A DNA stretch of 64,000 nt from Dehalococcoidia bacterium (GCA_022827095.1 JAJDTP010000021.1:130771-194770), one strand, 5' to 3'. Counted from the first letter of the stretch, positions 15,224 to 25,193 are shown. Notes: generated by a model from the letters alone, not told the origin. Made by a program: numbers and translations.

Positions 15224-16396
15224 CTACCCACGCGGCAGGCCCAACCCCCGGCTGGCGATGATGTTGCGCTGGACCTCGCTGGTTCCGGCCGCGATGGTGT
15301 GGGAGAACGCCCGGAGCCAATGCTCCTGCATATCGGCTTCCATCGGGGTCCATTTCTCGTCCCGGAGTCCGCCATACATACCCATAATTTCCAGGCAGGA
15401 AGCGGTTGTCCGTTGCACTGTCTCGCTGCCGAAGACCTTTGACATCGACGCTTCCTTGTTCGGCACCAGTCCTTCACCCTGCATCCACGCCACGTTGTAC
15501 GCGATCAGCCGCGCCACCTCGCACTCGATGTAGCGGTCAGCCAGCGCGTTTCGGACCCACGGCTCCTGGCTGAGCGGCTGTCCATTCCGCCGGATCCCGT
15601 CAGCCCACTGCCGCGTGTCGTCCAGGTGCCGGCGAGCCGCCGCTGAGTAGTCGATGCCGGACCGCTCGAAGTCCAGCAGCGTCACCGCCACGTACCAACC
15701 CCGATTCTCCTCGCCGACGATGTTCCGCGCCGGCACGCGCACGTTGTCGAAAATCACCTGGTTGAACTCGTGGCGGCCGCCCATGTTGATGATGGGTCGC
15801 ACCTCGATCCCGGGCGTTTTCATGTCGACCAGGAAAAAGCTGATGCCACGGTGCTTCGGCGCGTCGGTGTCGGTCCGCGTCAGGAGCATGATCCAGTCGC
15901 CCCGGTGTCCCATGGAAGTCCATATCTTGCTGCCGTTGATCACAAACTCGTCGCCGTCGCGGATGGCCCGCGTGCTCAGCGACGCCAGGTCGGAACCCGA
16001 TTCCGGCTCGCTGTATCCCTGGCACCACTGCACTTCGCCCTTGGCCACCGGCGGCAGGTGCTCGGTCTTCTGCTCGTCCGTGCCATGGATCATCAACGTT
16101 GCGCCCATCATCCGGACACCGAAGTTGTCCCGACCGGGAGCCCGGTGGTAAGTCATTTCCTCGTTGAAAATGGCCGTGCGCACCGGCGAAGCTTTCTGAC
16201 CGCCGTACTCCTCAGGCCAGTGCATAGTCAGCCAGCCCCGGTCCGCCAGCTTGCGACGCACTTCCAGAGTGCGTTCCCAATTTTCCTCACCGGAGCCCCG
16301 TTCTCCCAGCTCCCATTCCGGAACGTATTCGTCGTCGATGAACTGCCGCAAGTCACTTCGGAAGGTGGCGTCGGCGGTGCTGAGTTGGAACTCCAT
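15224..16396 (-). CDS. Acyl-CoA dehydrogenase
   Basis: MEFQLS start inside ORF 15224..16468. QGYSEPESGSDLASL, INGSKIWTS and C-terminal IAAGTSEVQRNIIA. Confidence 0.9.
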   Translation of the reverse strand: MEFQLSTADATFRSDLRQFIDDEYVPEWELGERGSGEENWERTLEVRRKLADRGWLTMHWPEEYGGQKASPVRTAIFNEEMTYHRAPGRDNFGVRMMGATLMIHGTDEQKTEHLPPVAKGEVQWCQGYSEPESGSDLASLSTRAIRDGDEFVINGSKIWTSMGHRGDWIMLLTRTDTDAPKHRGISFFLVDMKTPGIEVRPIINMGGRHEFNQVIFDNVRVPARNIVGEENRGWYVAVTLLDFERSGIDYSAAARRHLDDTRQWADGIRRNGQPLSQEPWVRNALADRYIECEVARLIAYNVAWMQGEGLVPNKEASMSKVFGSETVQRTTASCLEIMGMYGGLRDEKWTPMEADMQEHWLRAFSHTIAAGTSEVQRNIIASRGLGLPRG

Positions 16397-16440
16397 GGCG
16401 ATACTCTCCTGGTGGCGAGGTCGATGCCGGTGAGGTTGAA

Positions 16441-16986
16441 TTACCTGATGCGCTGGATGACGCCGCAAGCGACACGCCCGCCAGCGCCGGCGTCAGAGCC
16501 GTAAGTGTCGGGATTTTCGTGGACGATGATGGCGGAACCATCGGCGTCAAATACGGAGTGATCGGCGTCAGTGTCCAAGGTGATGGCATCGGTGAAGTAG
16601 TCGGCGCGCGCCGTGCCTTCGGCGCCGGCGTAAATGTTAGGCAAGTCGCCGGCATGTACGCCATCGGGGTTATTGTAACCATGGCCAACGTCGCCCGGAT
16701 TGAAGTGGTCACCGGCGGCGGCGAAGTCCGGCGTGCAGGTTCCAACAGTGTGGATGTGAAAGCCGTGTCCTCCCGTGGTCAGTCCGCTGACGTCCGCAGA
16801 CACTAGGACACCGTGATAGGTCTGAGTCAACGTAACCGTTCCCATATCGGCGCCGTCCGGTCCAGACATTGCCGCCTCGGCCATTGAGCCAACGGCTGCC
16901 GGCGTTGAATCTCGTCCAGCCTCGCAGGCCACCAACCCCAGAGCCGTACTCACCATAACAGCAAAGACGGCAAATGTTCGCAGCAT
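16441..16986 (-). CDS. sodC: Cu/Zn superoxide dismutase, lipoprotein-type signal
   Basis: MLRTFAVFAVMVSTALGLVAC signal, then GFHIHTVGTC, HFNP, HAGDLPN and IIVHENPD....GGRVACGVI. Confidence 0.9.
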   Translation of the reverse strand: MLRTFAVFAVMVSTALGLVACEAGRDSTPAAVGSMAEAAMSGPDGADMGTVTLTQTYHGVLVSADVSGLTTGGHGFHIHTVGTCTPDFAAAGDHFNPGDVGHGYNNPDGVHAGDLPNIYAGAEGTARADYFTDAITLDTDADHSVFDADGSAIIVHENPDTYGSDAGAGGRVACGVIQRIR

Positions 16987-17033
16987 CGTCCAGTGTCCCT
17001 CAGAAAGTAGGGGCCATCTTATCACGGGGTCAA

Positions 17034-17885
17034 TCACATTTGGCTGTATCCGCTTCCGGGACCACGCGTATCGTCCACGCCCCAGCCACGGCCTTCGGAA
17101 ATCCAGCCGAATTCGAGCAGGATTTGCTGGCTGTAGCAAACACGGCCGGTCACCTTGTCCGTCGGCTCCGACGCCAGCAGCAAGGTGGCTTTCGCCAGCA
17201 ATTCCGGCGGCTCGCCGCGCGGGTCGTCCATCCCTTCCACCAGGTGGTGAAACACCGTACCCGGCGTGGGCACAACGAGCGACGGAGAAACTGCGGTGAC
17301 CGATATCCCGTATTCGTACACTTCCTGCGCCAGCCCTTGGGTGAACCGCTCCAGGGCCGCCTTTTCCGCGCCGTAGCAGGTGCCGTTGTTAGCGGTCGTC
17401 GTATACGGCCCACGACCCGGACCCACCGCCGAACCTGAAGAGATATTCACGATACTGCCCGACTGGCGCTCGATCATGTCCCCCAGAACCAGCTGGCTGA
17501 GAATGAAAGGCGCGTGGAAATTCACCGCCCAGGACCGCATCCAGCGGTTGATGGGAAAATCCTTGATCGGCAGGTAATAGGTCAGCGCGGCGTTGTTGAC
17601 CAGCACGTCCACCGGCCCATAAATGCTGCGCGTCTCCTCAACCAGACGCTCGCAGTCCTCAGGAAGCGAAATGTTCGCCGCCACCGCCGTGGCCTCGCCG
17701 CCGGCTTCCTTGATATCCGCGATCGTCTTGGCCAGCGAGCCTTCCAACGGATGGTCGCCCTCGTTGACCGTGCGCGCGGCACAAACCACTCGCGCCCCTT
17801 CCGCCGCGAACAGCCGGCTGATTTCAGCGCCGATGCCGCGGCTGGCTCCGGTGACGATTGCTGTTTTTCCTTCTAGTCTGGGCAT
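17034..17885 (-). CDS. SDR-family oxidoreductase
   Basis: TAIVTGASRGIGAEI, NNAA, and a Y...K region. Confidence 0.85.
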   Translation of the reverse strand: MPRLEGKTAIVTGASRGIGAEISRLFAAEGARVVCAARTVNEGDHPLEGSLAKTIADIKEAGGEATAVAANISLPEDCERLVEETRSIYGPVDVLVNNAALTYYLPIKDFPINRWMRSWAVNFHAPFILSQLVLGDMIERQSGSIVNISSGSAVGPGRGPYTTTANNGTCYGAEKAALERFTQGLAQEVYEYGISVTAVSPSLVVPTPGTVFHHLVEGMDDPRGEPPELLAKATLLLASEPTDKVTGRVCYSQQILLEFGWISEGRGWGVDDTRGPGSGYSQM

Positions 17886-17901
17886 TAGTCGGTCATCCTT
17901 C

Positions 17902-18375
17902 CTAGTTATCGAACTTACCTGAGTTTTCCTTGCGGGTTCCGTTGCGCGTGGGTGGCGGCTCGGTGAAGGTCAGCCCATCGCGCTCCGCCGCCTCCCGACG
18001 TTCGTTCCAAGTTTCCCAGGCGCGGTTGGCTTCCTCGCGGCCTTCCTCAAGACCCTCTTCACGGCCTTCCTGACGCACTAAGTCACGATACAACTTGGCC
18101 AGTACCATGGGCATGCCCTCCACCAATCCGAACGCCAGCGGGAATGCGACGCCAACGGTTACCGCTGCGGCGACGATGGCGATTATAACAATTTCGGGCC
18201 ATGCCAGCGGCATGTCCTCCGCCGTCGCTACCCGCGCGTAGCTGAGGAGGCCGGCCAGAACTGTCCACAGAGTGTAGAACGCCGCCAGGAACCAGCCGTT
18301 TCGTCGGATCAGAACATCAAAAGCGTTGGCTCTGACATCCCGAACTCCATGATCCGGGTTACTTCTGCTGGCCAT
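17902..18375 (-). CDS. Hypothetical membrane protein with charged C-terminal tail
   Basis: ORF 17902..18402. Two hydrophobic segments are followed by a REEGLEEGREEANRAWETWNERREAAERD tail. The start is uncertain and overlaps the panB end. Confidence 0.4.
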   Translation of the reverse strand: MASRSNPDHGVRDVRANAFDVLIRRNGWFLAAFYTLWTVLAGLLSYARVATAEDMPLAWPEIVIIAIVAAAVTVGVAFPLAFGLVEGMPMVLAKLYRDLVRQEGREEGLEEGREEANRAWETWNERREAAERDGLTFTEPPPTRNGTRKENSGKFDN

Positions 18376-19201
18376 CCAACAGATCGGCCAGGAGGCTTTC
18401 ATTCATCGTAAAGCTCTCCGCTTCCGAGGGAAACGCTCCGGTCCTTACATCCTCCGCATACCGCTCGAAAGCCCGGGTCATATCGGACCCCATCTCCGCA
18501 TACTGCCTGGCGTGCTTTGGAACGAAATCCGGGAACAGTCCCAGCATGTCGTGAAAAACCTGGACCTGACCGTCACAGTACGGACCCGCCCCAATGCCGA
18601 TGGTCGGAATGGTCAATCGCTCGGTGATCGCCCTGGCCAGGGGAGCCGGCACACACTCCAGCACGACCGAGTACGCTCCGGCTTCCTGCAGCGCCAACGC
18701 GTCGTCCAGCACGCGCCTTGCCGCGGCCTTGGTACGCCCCTGCACCCGGTATCCCCCCAGAGCGTTCACCGACTGCGGTGTCAACCCGATGTGACCCATC
18801 ACCGGCACGCCGGCGTCCACGATGCGTCGCACCGTGCTCGCTACGGCGACGCCTCCCTCCATCTTCACGGTGTGCGCTCCGCCCTCCTGCATCAGACGGC
18901 CGGCATTGCGCAGCGCTTCCGCTGCATCGACCTGGTAGGACATGAACGGTAGATCGACCACAACCAACGCCTGGGAGGCGCCCCGGCTCACCATGCGCCC
19001 GTGCCGGACCATATCGTCCATGGTTACCGGCACGGTGGAATCATAACCCAGCACCACCATACCGAGGCTGTCACCTACCAGGATGATCGGGATGCCGGCG
19101 GCGTCGGCAATACGCGCGGCCGTGTAATCATAGGCGGTGACCATGGGGATTTTTTCCCCGGCCCGCTTCATCTCGGCCAGTTGTCGGATCGTAATCGCCA
19201 T
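18359..19201 (-). CDS. panB: 3-methyl-2-oxobutanoate hydroxymethyltransferase
   Basis: IPMVTAYDYTAARIADAAGIPIILVGDSLGMVVLGYDSTVPVTMDDM and VKMEGG. Confidence 0.92.
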   Translation of the reverse strand: MAITIRQLAEMKRAGEKIPMVTAYDYTAARIADAAGIPIILVGDSLGMVVLGYDSTVPVTMDDMVRHGRMVSRGASQALVVVDLPFMSYQVDAAEALRNAGRLMQEGGAHTVKMEGGVAVASTVRRIVDAGVPVMGHIGLTPQSVNALGGYRVQGRTKAAARRVLDDALALQEAGAYSVVLECVPAPLARAITERLTIPTIGIGAGPYCDGQVQVFHDMLGLFPDFVPKHARQYAEMGSDMTRAFERYAEDVRTGAFPSEAESFTMNESLLADLLDGQQK

Positions 19202-19216
19202 CGTACCGCGATTTTA

Positions 19217-20101
19217 TCAGCCCGACGCGCCAATTGTCCGCCGCAATTGCTCCAACTGTGCCTCTTCGATTCCCTTGCCACGGGCCAGGAGAAGCGACGA
19301 CTCGGTCAATTGGCGATAGAGCGGAAGCAAATGCGCGGCGTGTTGGGACAACCCATCGAGGTGTGCCGCCACCGTTGCAGCATCGCCCCGAACCACCGGC
19401 CCGGTCACCGCGTTGGTCGGGCCCTGCCGCTCGATGGCCTCGATGGTGGCCCGCGCCAACGGCATCGCGGCCCGTACGCCATCCTCCTCAGTGAACCCCA
19501 TGCTGGTCCACAGCCCCACCGCCGCGTCCAACAACGTGGTCAAATACCCGCAACTCAACACCGCGCTGGCGTGGTACAACGGCCGCATCCCATCGGGGAT
19601 TTCGATCCCCCTTCCTCCCAGTGATTCGGCCAGGCTCGGCAAAAAGTCGGCCAGCCAGCCGGTCGCCGAAATCGCAAAGGTCACTCCCCGCAACCGCTCG
19701 GCCGACTGATCCGGTCCCGCGATTGCCGCAAACGTCTGGAAAGGATGCATTGCTCCAACAGCAACGCCGGCGTTTACCGCCGCGTCGAGGAGTTCGATCG
19801 ACGCCGCCCCGCAACAATGAGCTACCCCTTGACCTGCCCTCCAGGTAACCGCACCTGACACCTCGGCTATCGCCGCGTCCGGCGTCGTGATGAACACCAG
19901 GTCGCACGAGTCCGCCACCTGTTGCGCGCTGGCCAGCGCTGTGCACCCGTCAATCAGGCGCGCCGCCCTCTCAGCGCTGGCATCGGTCCGGCTCGCGATC
20001 GCCGTCACACGCCAACCGACTGCGCTCAACGCCAAAGCCAGGCCGCTGCCCAGGACCCCCGCTCCCACGAAACCAATGGTGACGTCTTCAGCCCGAACCA
20101 T
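19217..20101 (-). CDS. Rossmann-like / DUF2520 domain oxidoreductase
   Basis: IGFVGAGVLGSGLA, MHPFQTF, PLYHASAV and TGPVVRGDAATVAAHL are typical of DUF2520 proteins. Confidence 0.7.
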   Translation of the reverse strand: MVRAEDVTIGFVGAGVLGSGLALALSAVGWRVTAIASRTDASAERAARLIDGCTALASAQQVADSCDLVFITTPDAAIAEVSGAVTWRAGQGVAHCCGAASIELLDAAVNAGVAVGAMHPFQTFAAIAGPDQSAERLRGVTFAISATGWLADFLPSLAESLGGRGIEIPDGMRPLYHASAVLSCGYLTTLLDAAVGLWTSMGFTEEDGVRAAMPLARATIEAIERQGPTNAVTGPVVRGDAATVAAHLDGLSQHAAHLLPLYRQLTESSLLLARGKGIEEAQLEQLRRTIGASG

Positions 20102-21083
20102 TCCTCGACTCCGATACCGCCGGTGTCCCGGCCAGACCCCGCGCGGACCGAATGGCGTCCAGGACTGCCAGCGCGGTAACGTGCGTGGCTGCCGTGACGA
20201 TCGACATCAGGTTCGCACCAGCCGAACTACGACCCGTAGCTAGGCAAAACATAGTATCGCCGTCGCTTGGGGTGTGACACGGACGGATCGTCAATGCCAG
20301 CCCGTCGTGGCAGGCAGATGCGACGAAATTTGCCTGCATCTTGTCCAGATTGGCATCCGTCGCCACGACGCCGATGGTAGTGTTGGCCAAAGCTGTTGGC
20401 CCCACAGAGGTCTCTCCGGTCAACATAACCTCCACGGGATCAGCCATCGAACCGTCATCCCTACGGGGCCCGGCAATCAGCCTCCCATCGCGATGATCGT
20501 ATATACCGCCCCAGGCGTTGACTGCAACGGCCGCTCCCACCGACACCCCGTCCGGCAGTACACAGCACGCCGAGCCGATGCCTCCCTTTACAGCCCTGTC
20601 GAGGCCAAACGCCTTGGCCACTGTCGCGCCCGTCCCTGCCCCTACTGATCCCACCGGCATTTCCGTCGCATCAGAGGCGTCGCAAGCCGCATAGCCCGCC
20701 GCGCCGTTCGGACGTACGTCGGATCTGCCCATGCCCAGATCATAAAGTATCGCCGCCGGGACAATGGGAACGGGACCGTGCGGCGCGTCAAATCCGATGC
20801 CCCGCTCCTCCAGCCAACGCTGCACCCCCGACGCTGCGGCCAGGCCGAAAGCGCTTCCCCCGCTCAGCAAAACGGCATGTACCTGGTCAACCCGACGGAT
20901 CGGGTCCAGCAGGTCGGTCTCCCGCGTTCCGGGCGATCCGCCACGGACTGCTACGCCACCCACCGCGCCGTCCGTCGTGAGGATCGCAGTGCACCCGGTG
21001 GCGGCCTCCACGTCGGTCCAATGGCCCACCGAAACTCCCGTTACGTCAACGATGGAGCCGAAATGTTCCCTGCCCGACATCAA
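20088..21083 (-). CDS. P1/S58 family peptidase (DmpA-like aminopeptidase)
   Basis: GVSVGHWTD..AATGCTAIL and GSPGTRETDLL. Confidence 0.8.
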   Translation of the reverse strand: MMSGREHFGSIVDVTGVSVGHWTDVEAATGCTAILTTDGAVGGVAVRGGSPGTRETDLLDPIRRVDQVHAVLLSGGSAFGLAAASGVQRWLEERGIGFDAPHGPVPIVPAAILYDLGMGRSDVRPNGAAGYAACDASDATEMPVGSVGAGTGATVAKAFGLDRAVKGGIGSACCVLPDGVSVGAAVAVNAWGGIYDHRDGRLIAGPRRDDGSMADPVEVMLTGETSVGPTALANTTIGVVATDANLDKMQANFVASACHDGLALTIRPCHTPSDGDTMFCLATGRSSAGANLMSIVTAATHVTALAVLDAIRSARGLAGTPAVSESRNGSG

Positions 21084-22333
21084 TGGTCCGAGCCCGCCCC
21101 CACCGACGAAAGCAGTTCCTCCGCACGCTCGAGTAAGTGGTCGCGCCGTTCGGCGCTGAACCCGCGACTCTCCAGGTACATTCGGAGCGCGGTCAACGGC
21201 TGGAGGTCCGACGGTTCAACCGAGATGCGCCGGCGTTCGGCGTCGGTCACCTCACGGGAAATGCTCGCCACGTAGTGCGCTGACGACAACGATGGACGAA
21301 GGTCGGCGTCCCTCAGCTTGGCGGACTGTTCCGAGGTCAGCTTGACCCTCAAGCGCACGATGGCTCCATCCACCCGATGCCGAGAAATAGCCCGGGTTAC
21401 GAACGCAGCGGGGTTTTGCTCAACCTCCGGAACGGTGGCATCAACGGTGACAAAGGGGCGGGCGGCGATGTTCTGGAACCGGAAGTCCTTTAGCCTCTGG
21501 CCTTGCGGCGTCCTCGGATCGATGTCCACCACGCAGAAGCCCTTGTCGTCCGACTCCTCGGAAAAGTCCACCCGCTGCAGGCTGCCGGAGTACGCTACCG
21601 CCGGCCCGCCTTCCCCGGCCGGGCGCAGCACCTGGTGCTTGTGTATGTGCCCCAGGGCGACGTATTCCAGTTCCGGACGTTGGACCGCGCTCACGTTGAG
21701 CACGTGGTCGTTGCCCAGCATCATCGAGCGTTCCGACCCCACCGTCGCTCCGTTCACCGTAACGTGCCCGGCCAGTATCGCCGGTACGTCAGGGTCAATC
21801 CCCTCGGCGCGACCGGCGATGGCCATAGTCATCCGACGCTCCGTCTCCGCCCTTATCTCCTCGATGCTGAGCCCTCGCAACTCTTCCCGAGCCAGCATCG
21901 CCCCGCGCGATGGCCACGGCACCGCCAGGACTTGCAGCGGACCCGCCCGGGTCGGAACGACATATGTTTGCAGGCTCGCTCCCACGTGCACGTTGGGCAC
22001 CTGCAGCGTGGAGAATATCTCCACGGCGTGGGCGCGTCCGGTGGCCGCCGGCAGGTCGTGGTTGCCCGGCAGCAGAAACGTCGCGATCCCGCCGTCCGAG
22101 AGTCTCAGCAACCGGCGGGCGAACTCCCGCTGATGGGTCTGGGTCGGATCCCGCCCCTTGTACGCATCACCGGCCAGGACCACCACGTCGACCCCGTCGG
22201 CCAGGGCAAACTCCACCAGCTCGTCCAGCGCATCCAGAAAATCTCCCAGCCGGGTGGAGAGCCCGGTGTTCGGGTCGGTGCGGCCGTAGTTCTCCACACC
22301 GATGTGCAGGTCGGAGAAATGCAGGATTCTCAT
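21080..22333 (-). CDS. sbcD: SbcD/Mre11-type metallophosphoesterase nuclease
   Basis: MRILHFSDLHIG, VVLAGDAY, LLPGNHD and GHIH. The stop overlaps the dmpA-like start by 4 nt. Confidence 0.8.
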   Translation of the reverse strand: MRILHFSDLHIGVENYGRTDPNTGLSTRLGDFLDALDELVEFALADGVDVVVLAGDAYKGRDPTQTHQREFARRLLRLSDGGIATFLLPGNHDLPAATGRAHAVEIFSTLQVPNVHVGASLQTYVVPTRAGPLQVLAVPWPSRGAMLAREELRGLSIEEIRAETERRMTMAIAGRAEGIDPDVPAILAGHVTVNGATVGSERSMMLGNDHVLNVSAVQRPELEYVALGHIHKHQVLRPAGEGGPAVAYSGSLQRVDFSEESDDKGFCVVDIDPRTPQGQRLKDFRFQNIAARPFVTVDATVPEVEQNPAAFVTRAISRHRVDGAIVRLRVKLTSEQSAKLRDADLRPSLSSAHYVASISREVTDAERRRISVEPSDLQPLTALRMYLESRGFSAERRDHLLERAEELLSSVGAGSDH

Positions 22334-22423
22334 CGACTAAGTCCAGGCGCTGCCGGCACAGTGTTTCCCTGATCGCATTGGCGACTACCGCACGGGTTAC
22401 GCAAAGTCGATCCCGGCGGCAAC

Positions 22424-22513
22424 TGTCAGAATTAGGATTTACCGGATTTTGAGATTTTCGGGATGTTCATAATTCCCGAAAATCCTCTAATCCTGGTAAT
22501 CCTGCTTCTGACA
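22424..22513. repeat. 90-bp imperfect hairpin element (about 40-nt arms)
   Basis: tgtcagaattaggatttaccggattttgagattttcggga / tcccgaaaatcctctaatcctggtaatcctgcttctgaca. The leader GCAACTGTCA.A..AGGA.TTAC also occurs at 25095..25115. Confidence 0.7.
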
Positions 22514-22531
22514 ATCGCGTCGCGCGTGGAC

Positions 22532-23305
22532 TTATACCCGAATCTCCGCCAGGAACCTGCCCGCGCTCTGGCGCACGAAGTCCTGGATATTCACCGACAT
22601 CAACCGAACCCCCCGCTCGGCGAACTGGCGGAACCGGTCCACGTTGTCCACCGTCATGCCCGCGCCGGCGACGCCGATGATCTTGCCTTCCGCCAGCGTC
22701 CCGTCAATCACCTGAGTTATCGCCGCATCCACGTCCGCATGCGGCGGCATGCCCATGGCCTGCGTCAGGTCGCTGCTGCCCACCAGTATGGCGTCGACCC
22801 CGTCCACGGCGGCGATGTCGCGCACGTTTGCCACCGCCTCCGGGGTTTCGACCATGCAGATCACCAGCGTTTCCCGGTTGGCCGCCTCGTAATATTCGGC
22901 CGGCGGCAGTCCGCTTCCCAGCCGGTTGGTGCGCCCGCCCGTGGCACTGCTCCGGTCGCCCATCGGATAGTAATGCGACGCCCGGGCCACCGCCTCGGCT
23001 TCTTCCCGGTTGTTGATATGGGGAACGATCAGGCCCTGCGCGCCCCGATCCAGGAATCGCAAAAGCGTCGATGGCTCAGCGTTGGGAACCCTCACCACCG
23101 GAGTGATGTCGTGCAGTTCGGCGGCGCGGATCATGTTCTCCGACTCGGAGTCGTTGGACGAGCCATGCTCGCAGTCGATCCACGCCCAGTCGAACCCGAG
23201 CACTCCGTACATCTCGACCACAATCGGAGCGTAAAAATTGACGCTCCCACCGACGGCGATTTCGCCGGCAAGCAGCTTGGCTTTGGCCTTATTCGTCCTG
23301 ACCAT
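22532..23305 (-). CDS. HpcH/HpaI aldolase family protein
   Basis: WIDCEHGS, VVRVP, VETPEAV and DAILVGSSDL. Confidence 0.85.
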   Translation of the reverse strand: MVRTNKAKAKLLAGEIAVGGSVNFYAPIVVEMYGVLGFDWAWIDCEHGSSNDSESENMIRAAELHDITPVVRVPNAEPSTLLRFLDRGAQGLIVPHINNREEAEAVARASHYYPMGDRSSATGGRTNRLGSGLPPAEYYEAANRETLVICMVETPEAVANVRDIAAVDGVDAILVGSSDLTQAMGMPPHADVDAAITQVIDGTLAEGKIIGVAGAGMTVDNVDRFRQFAERGVRLMSVNIQDFVRQSAGRFLAEIRV

Positions 23306-23367
23306 TTTGTTCTCCGTTTTCTGGTGAGATAAAGCGCTATCCCGTGTGTTCGGTTTGAGATGAAGAA

Positions 23368-23773
23368 GGGGAGAACGCCGAACGGCCTGTAAGCCGGGTT
23401 CTGTATCCGCATGAAGCGGATGGTGACCATCTATCTAGCCCCAGCGTTACCGCTGAGGTCAAGCGGCCAACCCGGGGACGGGCCGGACACCCATGGTCCC
23501 TCTATTTGGCCTTGCTCCAGGTGGGGTTTGGCCGCCGGTGCGTCGCCACACGCGGCCGGACGCTCTTACCGTCCGATTTCACCCTTGCCGGCTCGCCAGA
23601 AACGGGCCGGCGGTATGTTTCTGTGCCACTTTCCGTCCCCGGCCCGGTTACCCGCGCCGGAGCCTGGGCGTTACCCAGCACCCCGTCCGGTGGAGCCCGG
23701 ACTTTCCTCCCCGAGGCAATAGCCGTTTCTGACCATCGCTCGCGGCGGCCACCCGGCCGGTCCGGCTTTCTCC
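23368..23773 (-). ncRNA. rnpB: RNase P RNA (bacterial type A)
   Basis: The minus strand reads GGAGAAAGCCGG...GGGGAGGAAAGUCCGGGCUCC...GGGUAACGCC...AGGGUGAAA..GGUAAGAGC...AGCAAGGCCAAAUAG...ACAGAACCCGGCUUA. P1 forms by pairing of the 5' and 3' ends. Confidence 0.9.
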
Positions 23774-23780
23774 TGATGCG

Positions 23781-23809
23781 AGGCTAGCACGGGCATTTGG
23801 GGGGGTCAA
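23781..23809 (-). promoter_or_regulatory. Putative sigma70-type promoter of rnpB
   Basis: Minus strand TTGACC-18 nt-TAGCCT (with TG upstream), ending about 7 nt before the predicted RNA 5' end. Confidence 0.5.
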
Positions 23810-23880
23810 GCAGCCCCGGTTCAAACTCGAGTCGACCGGTCGAACGGTGCGCGCGTCCAGCGGCGATGCGCTGACCCCTA

Positions 23881-23888
23881 TGTATAAT
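23881..23888 (+). promoter_or_regulatory. Extended -10 element (TGTATAAT) upstream of the FMN oxidase gene
   Basis: TGTATAAT lies 50 nt upstream of ATG 23938. GAGGT RBS before the start. Confidence 0.4.
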
Positions 23889-23937
23889 GGCGACCCACTC
23901 GTCTCCAAGTCTGTAACTCTCCTTTGAGGTAATCGCC

Positions 23938-25050
23938 ATGGCCACCGAACCCGTCAACATTTTCGAGTACGAGCAGATCGCCAAAGAGCGTATCGAGCAG
24001 GGTCACTACGACTTCATCGCCGGCGGAGCCACCGACGAGATCACCATCCGTCGGACCCGCGCCGTGTTCGATTCGATCATGTTGCGCCCTCGCATGATGG
24101 TGGACGTCGAAAACCGTTCCCTGGCCACCACGGTTTTGGGGCAGGAAATCGCCCTGCCCGTCATGCTCGATCCCGCCGGCAACCACAGCGCGGCTCATCC
24201 GGAGGCCGAGATCGCCACGGTCAAGGCGGCTGGCGAGATGGGTACCGTCATGGTGCTCAGTTCCCACGCCTCGCGCACGCTGGAGGACGTGGCCGCGTCC
24301 GCGTCCGGCCCGCTCTGGTTCCAACAGTATTTCTTCAAGGACCGCGGCCTGACCCTGGAGATGGCCGCTCGCGCGGAAGAGGCCGGGTATTCGGCCATCT
24401 GCATGACCCTGGACGCCAAGATCAAGCCCAAGCGCGAACGCAACATCCGCAACGACTACGTCGGCGCCGAATCGCCCAACTACGCCCAGTTAGATCTGGG
24501 CACCCACACCTGGAAGTTCGCCGCCGACGCGCCGGCCGGACCCAGCGACATCCGTGACGTGGCATCCACTTGGGACGACCTGGACTGGTTCGCGTCGAAT
24601 ATCCGTCTCCCGGTGGTCGTCAAGGGCATCATGGCCGGCGAGGACGGTCGCCTTTCCGCAGAGAACGGCGCCAGAGCGGTGATCGTCTCCAACCACGGCG
24701 GCCGCTATCTGGACACCACGCCCGCCACCATCGAGGTGCTGCCCGAGGTGGTGAACGCCGTGGACGGCAACGCGGAGGTTTACCTGGACGGTGGCATCCG
24801 TCGCGGCACCGACATCTTCAAAGCGGTCGCCCTGGGCGCCCGCGCGGTGCTGATCGGCCGTCCACTGTTCTGGGGACTGGCGGTTGACGGATCCCCGGGA
24901 GTTTCCGCCGTCCTCGAGCTGCTCCGCGACGAGCTCGACGCTACCATGGGCATGTGCGGCTGTCCCACCGTCGAAAGCATTAGCTCAGCGACCATCGATA
25001 CCGTCTCGCCGCTGCTGTCTGCGTTCCCCTCGCCGGCGGATTTCAGGTAG
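23938..25050 (+). CDS. FMN-dependent alpha-hydroxy-acid oxidase/dehydrogenase (LldD/glycolate oxidase family)
   Basis: WFQQYF, LPVVVKGI, VSNHGGR and DGGIRRGTDIFKAVALGA. Confidence 0.85.
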   Translation: MATEPVNIFEYEQIAKERIEQGHYDFIAGGATDEITIRRTRAVFDSIMLRPRMMVDVENRSLATTVLGQEIALPVMLDPAGNHSAAHPEAEIATVKAAGEMGTVMVLSSHASRTLEDVAASASGPLWFQQYFFKDRGLTLEMAARAEEAGYSAICMTLDAKIKPKRERNIRNDYVGAESPNYAQLDLGTHTWKFAADAPAGPSDIRDVASTWDDLDWFASNIRLPVVVKGIMAGEDGRLSAENGARAVIVSNHGGRYLDTTPATIEVLPEVVNAVDGNAEVYLDGGIRRGTDIFKAVALGARAVLIGRPLFWGLAVDGSPGVSAVLELLRDELDATMGMCGCPTVESISSATIDTVSPLLSAFPSPADFR

Positions 25051-25099
25051 TATCCGCACTCCAACCGGCCCCTCACGCCTACCCATTGTCGCCGCAACT

Positions 25100-25193
25100 G
25101 TCATAGGACTTACGCAGATGGAAGCCTTTACAATGGTCATTCCTGCGAAAGCAGTAATGACAGGTTTGTAATCTCAAGCGCGTAACTCCTATG
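25100..25193. repeat. Nested palindromes including a family-2-like hairpin
   Basis: Outer 14-nt arms cataggacttacgc / gcgtaactcctatg. Inner hairpin gtcattcctgcgaaagcagtaatgac at 25136..25161. Confidence 0.6.

Noticed and set aside
23411-23908. Several 79-103-aa ORFs on both strands between the aldolase and FMN oxidase genes.
   Set aside because: The region is fully explained by the RNase P RNA gene on the minus strand.
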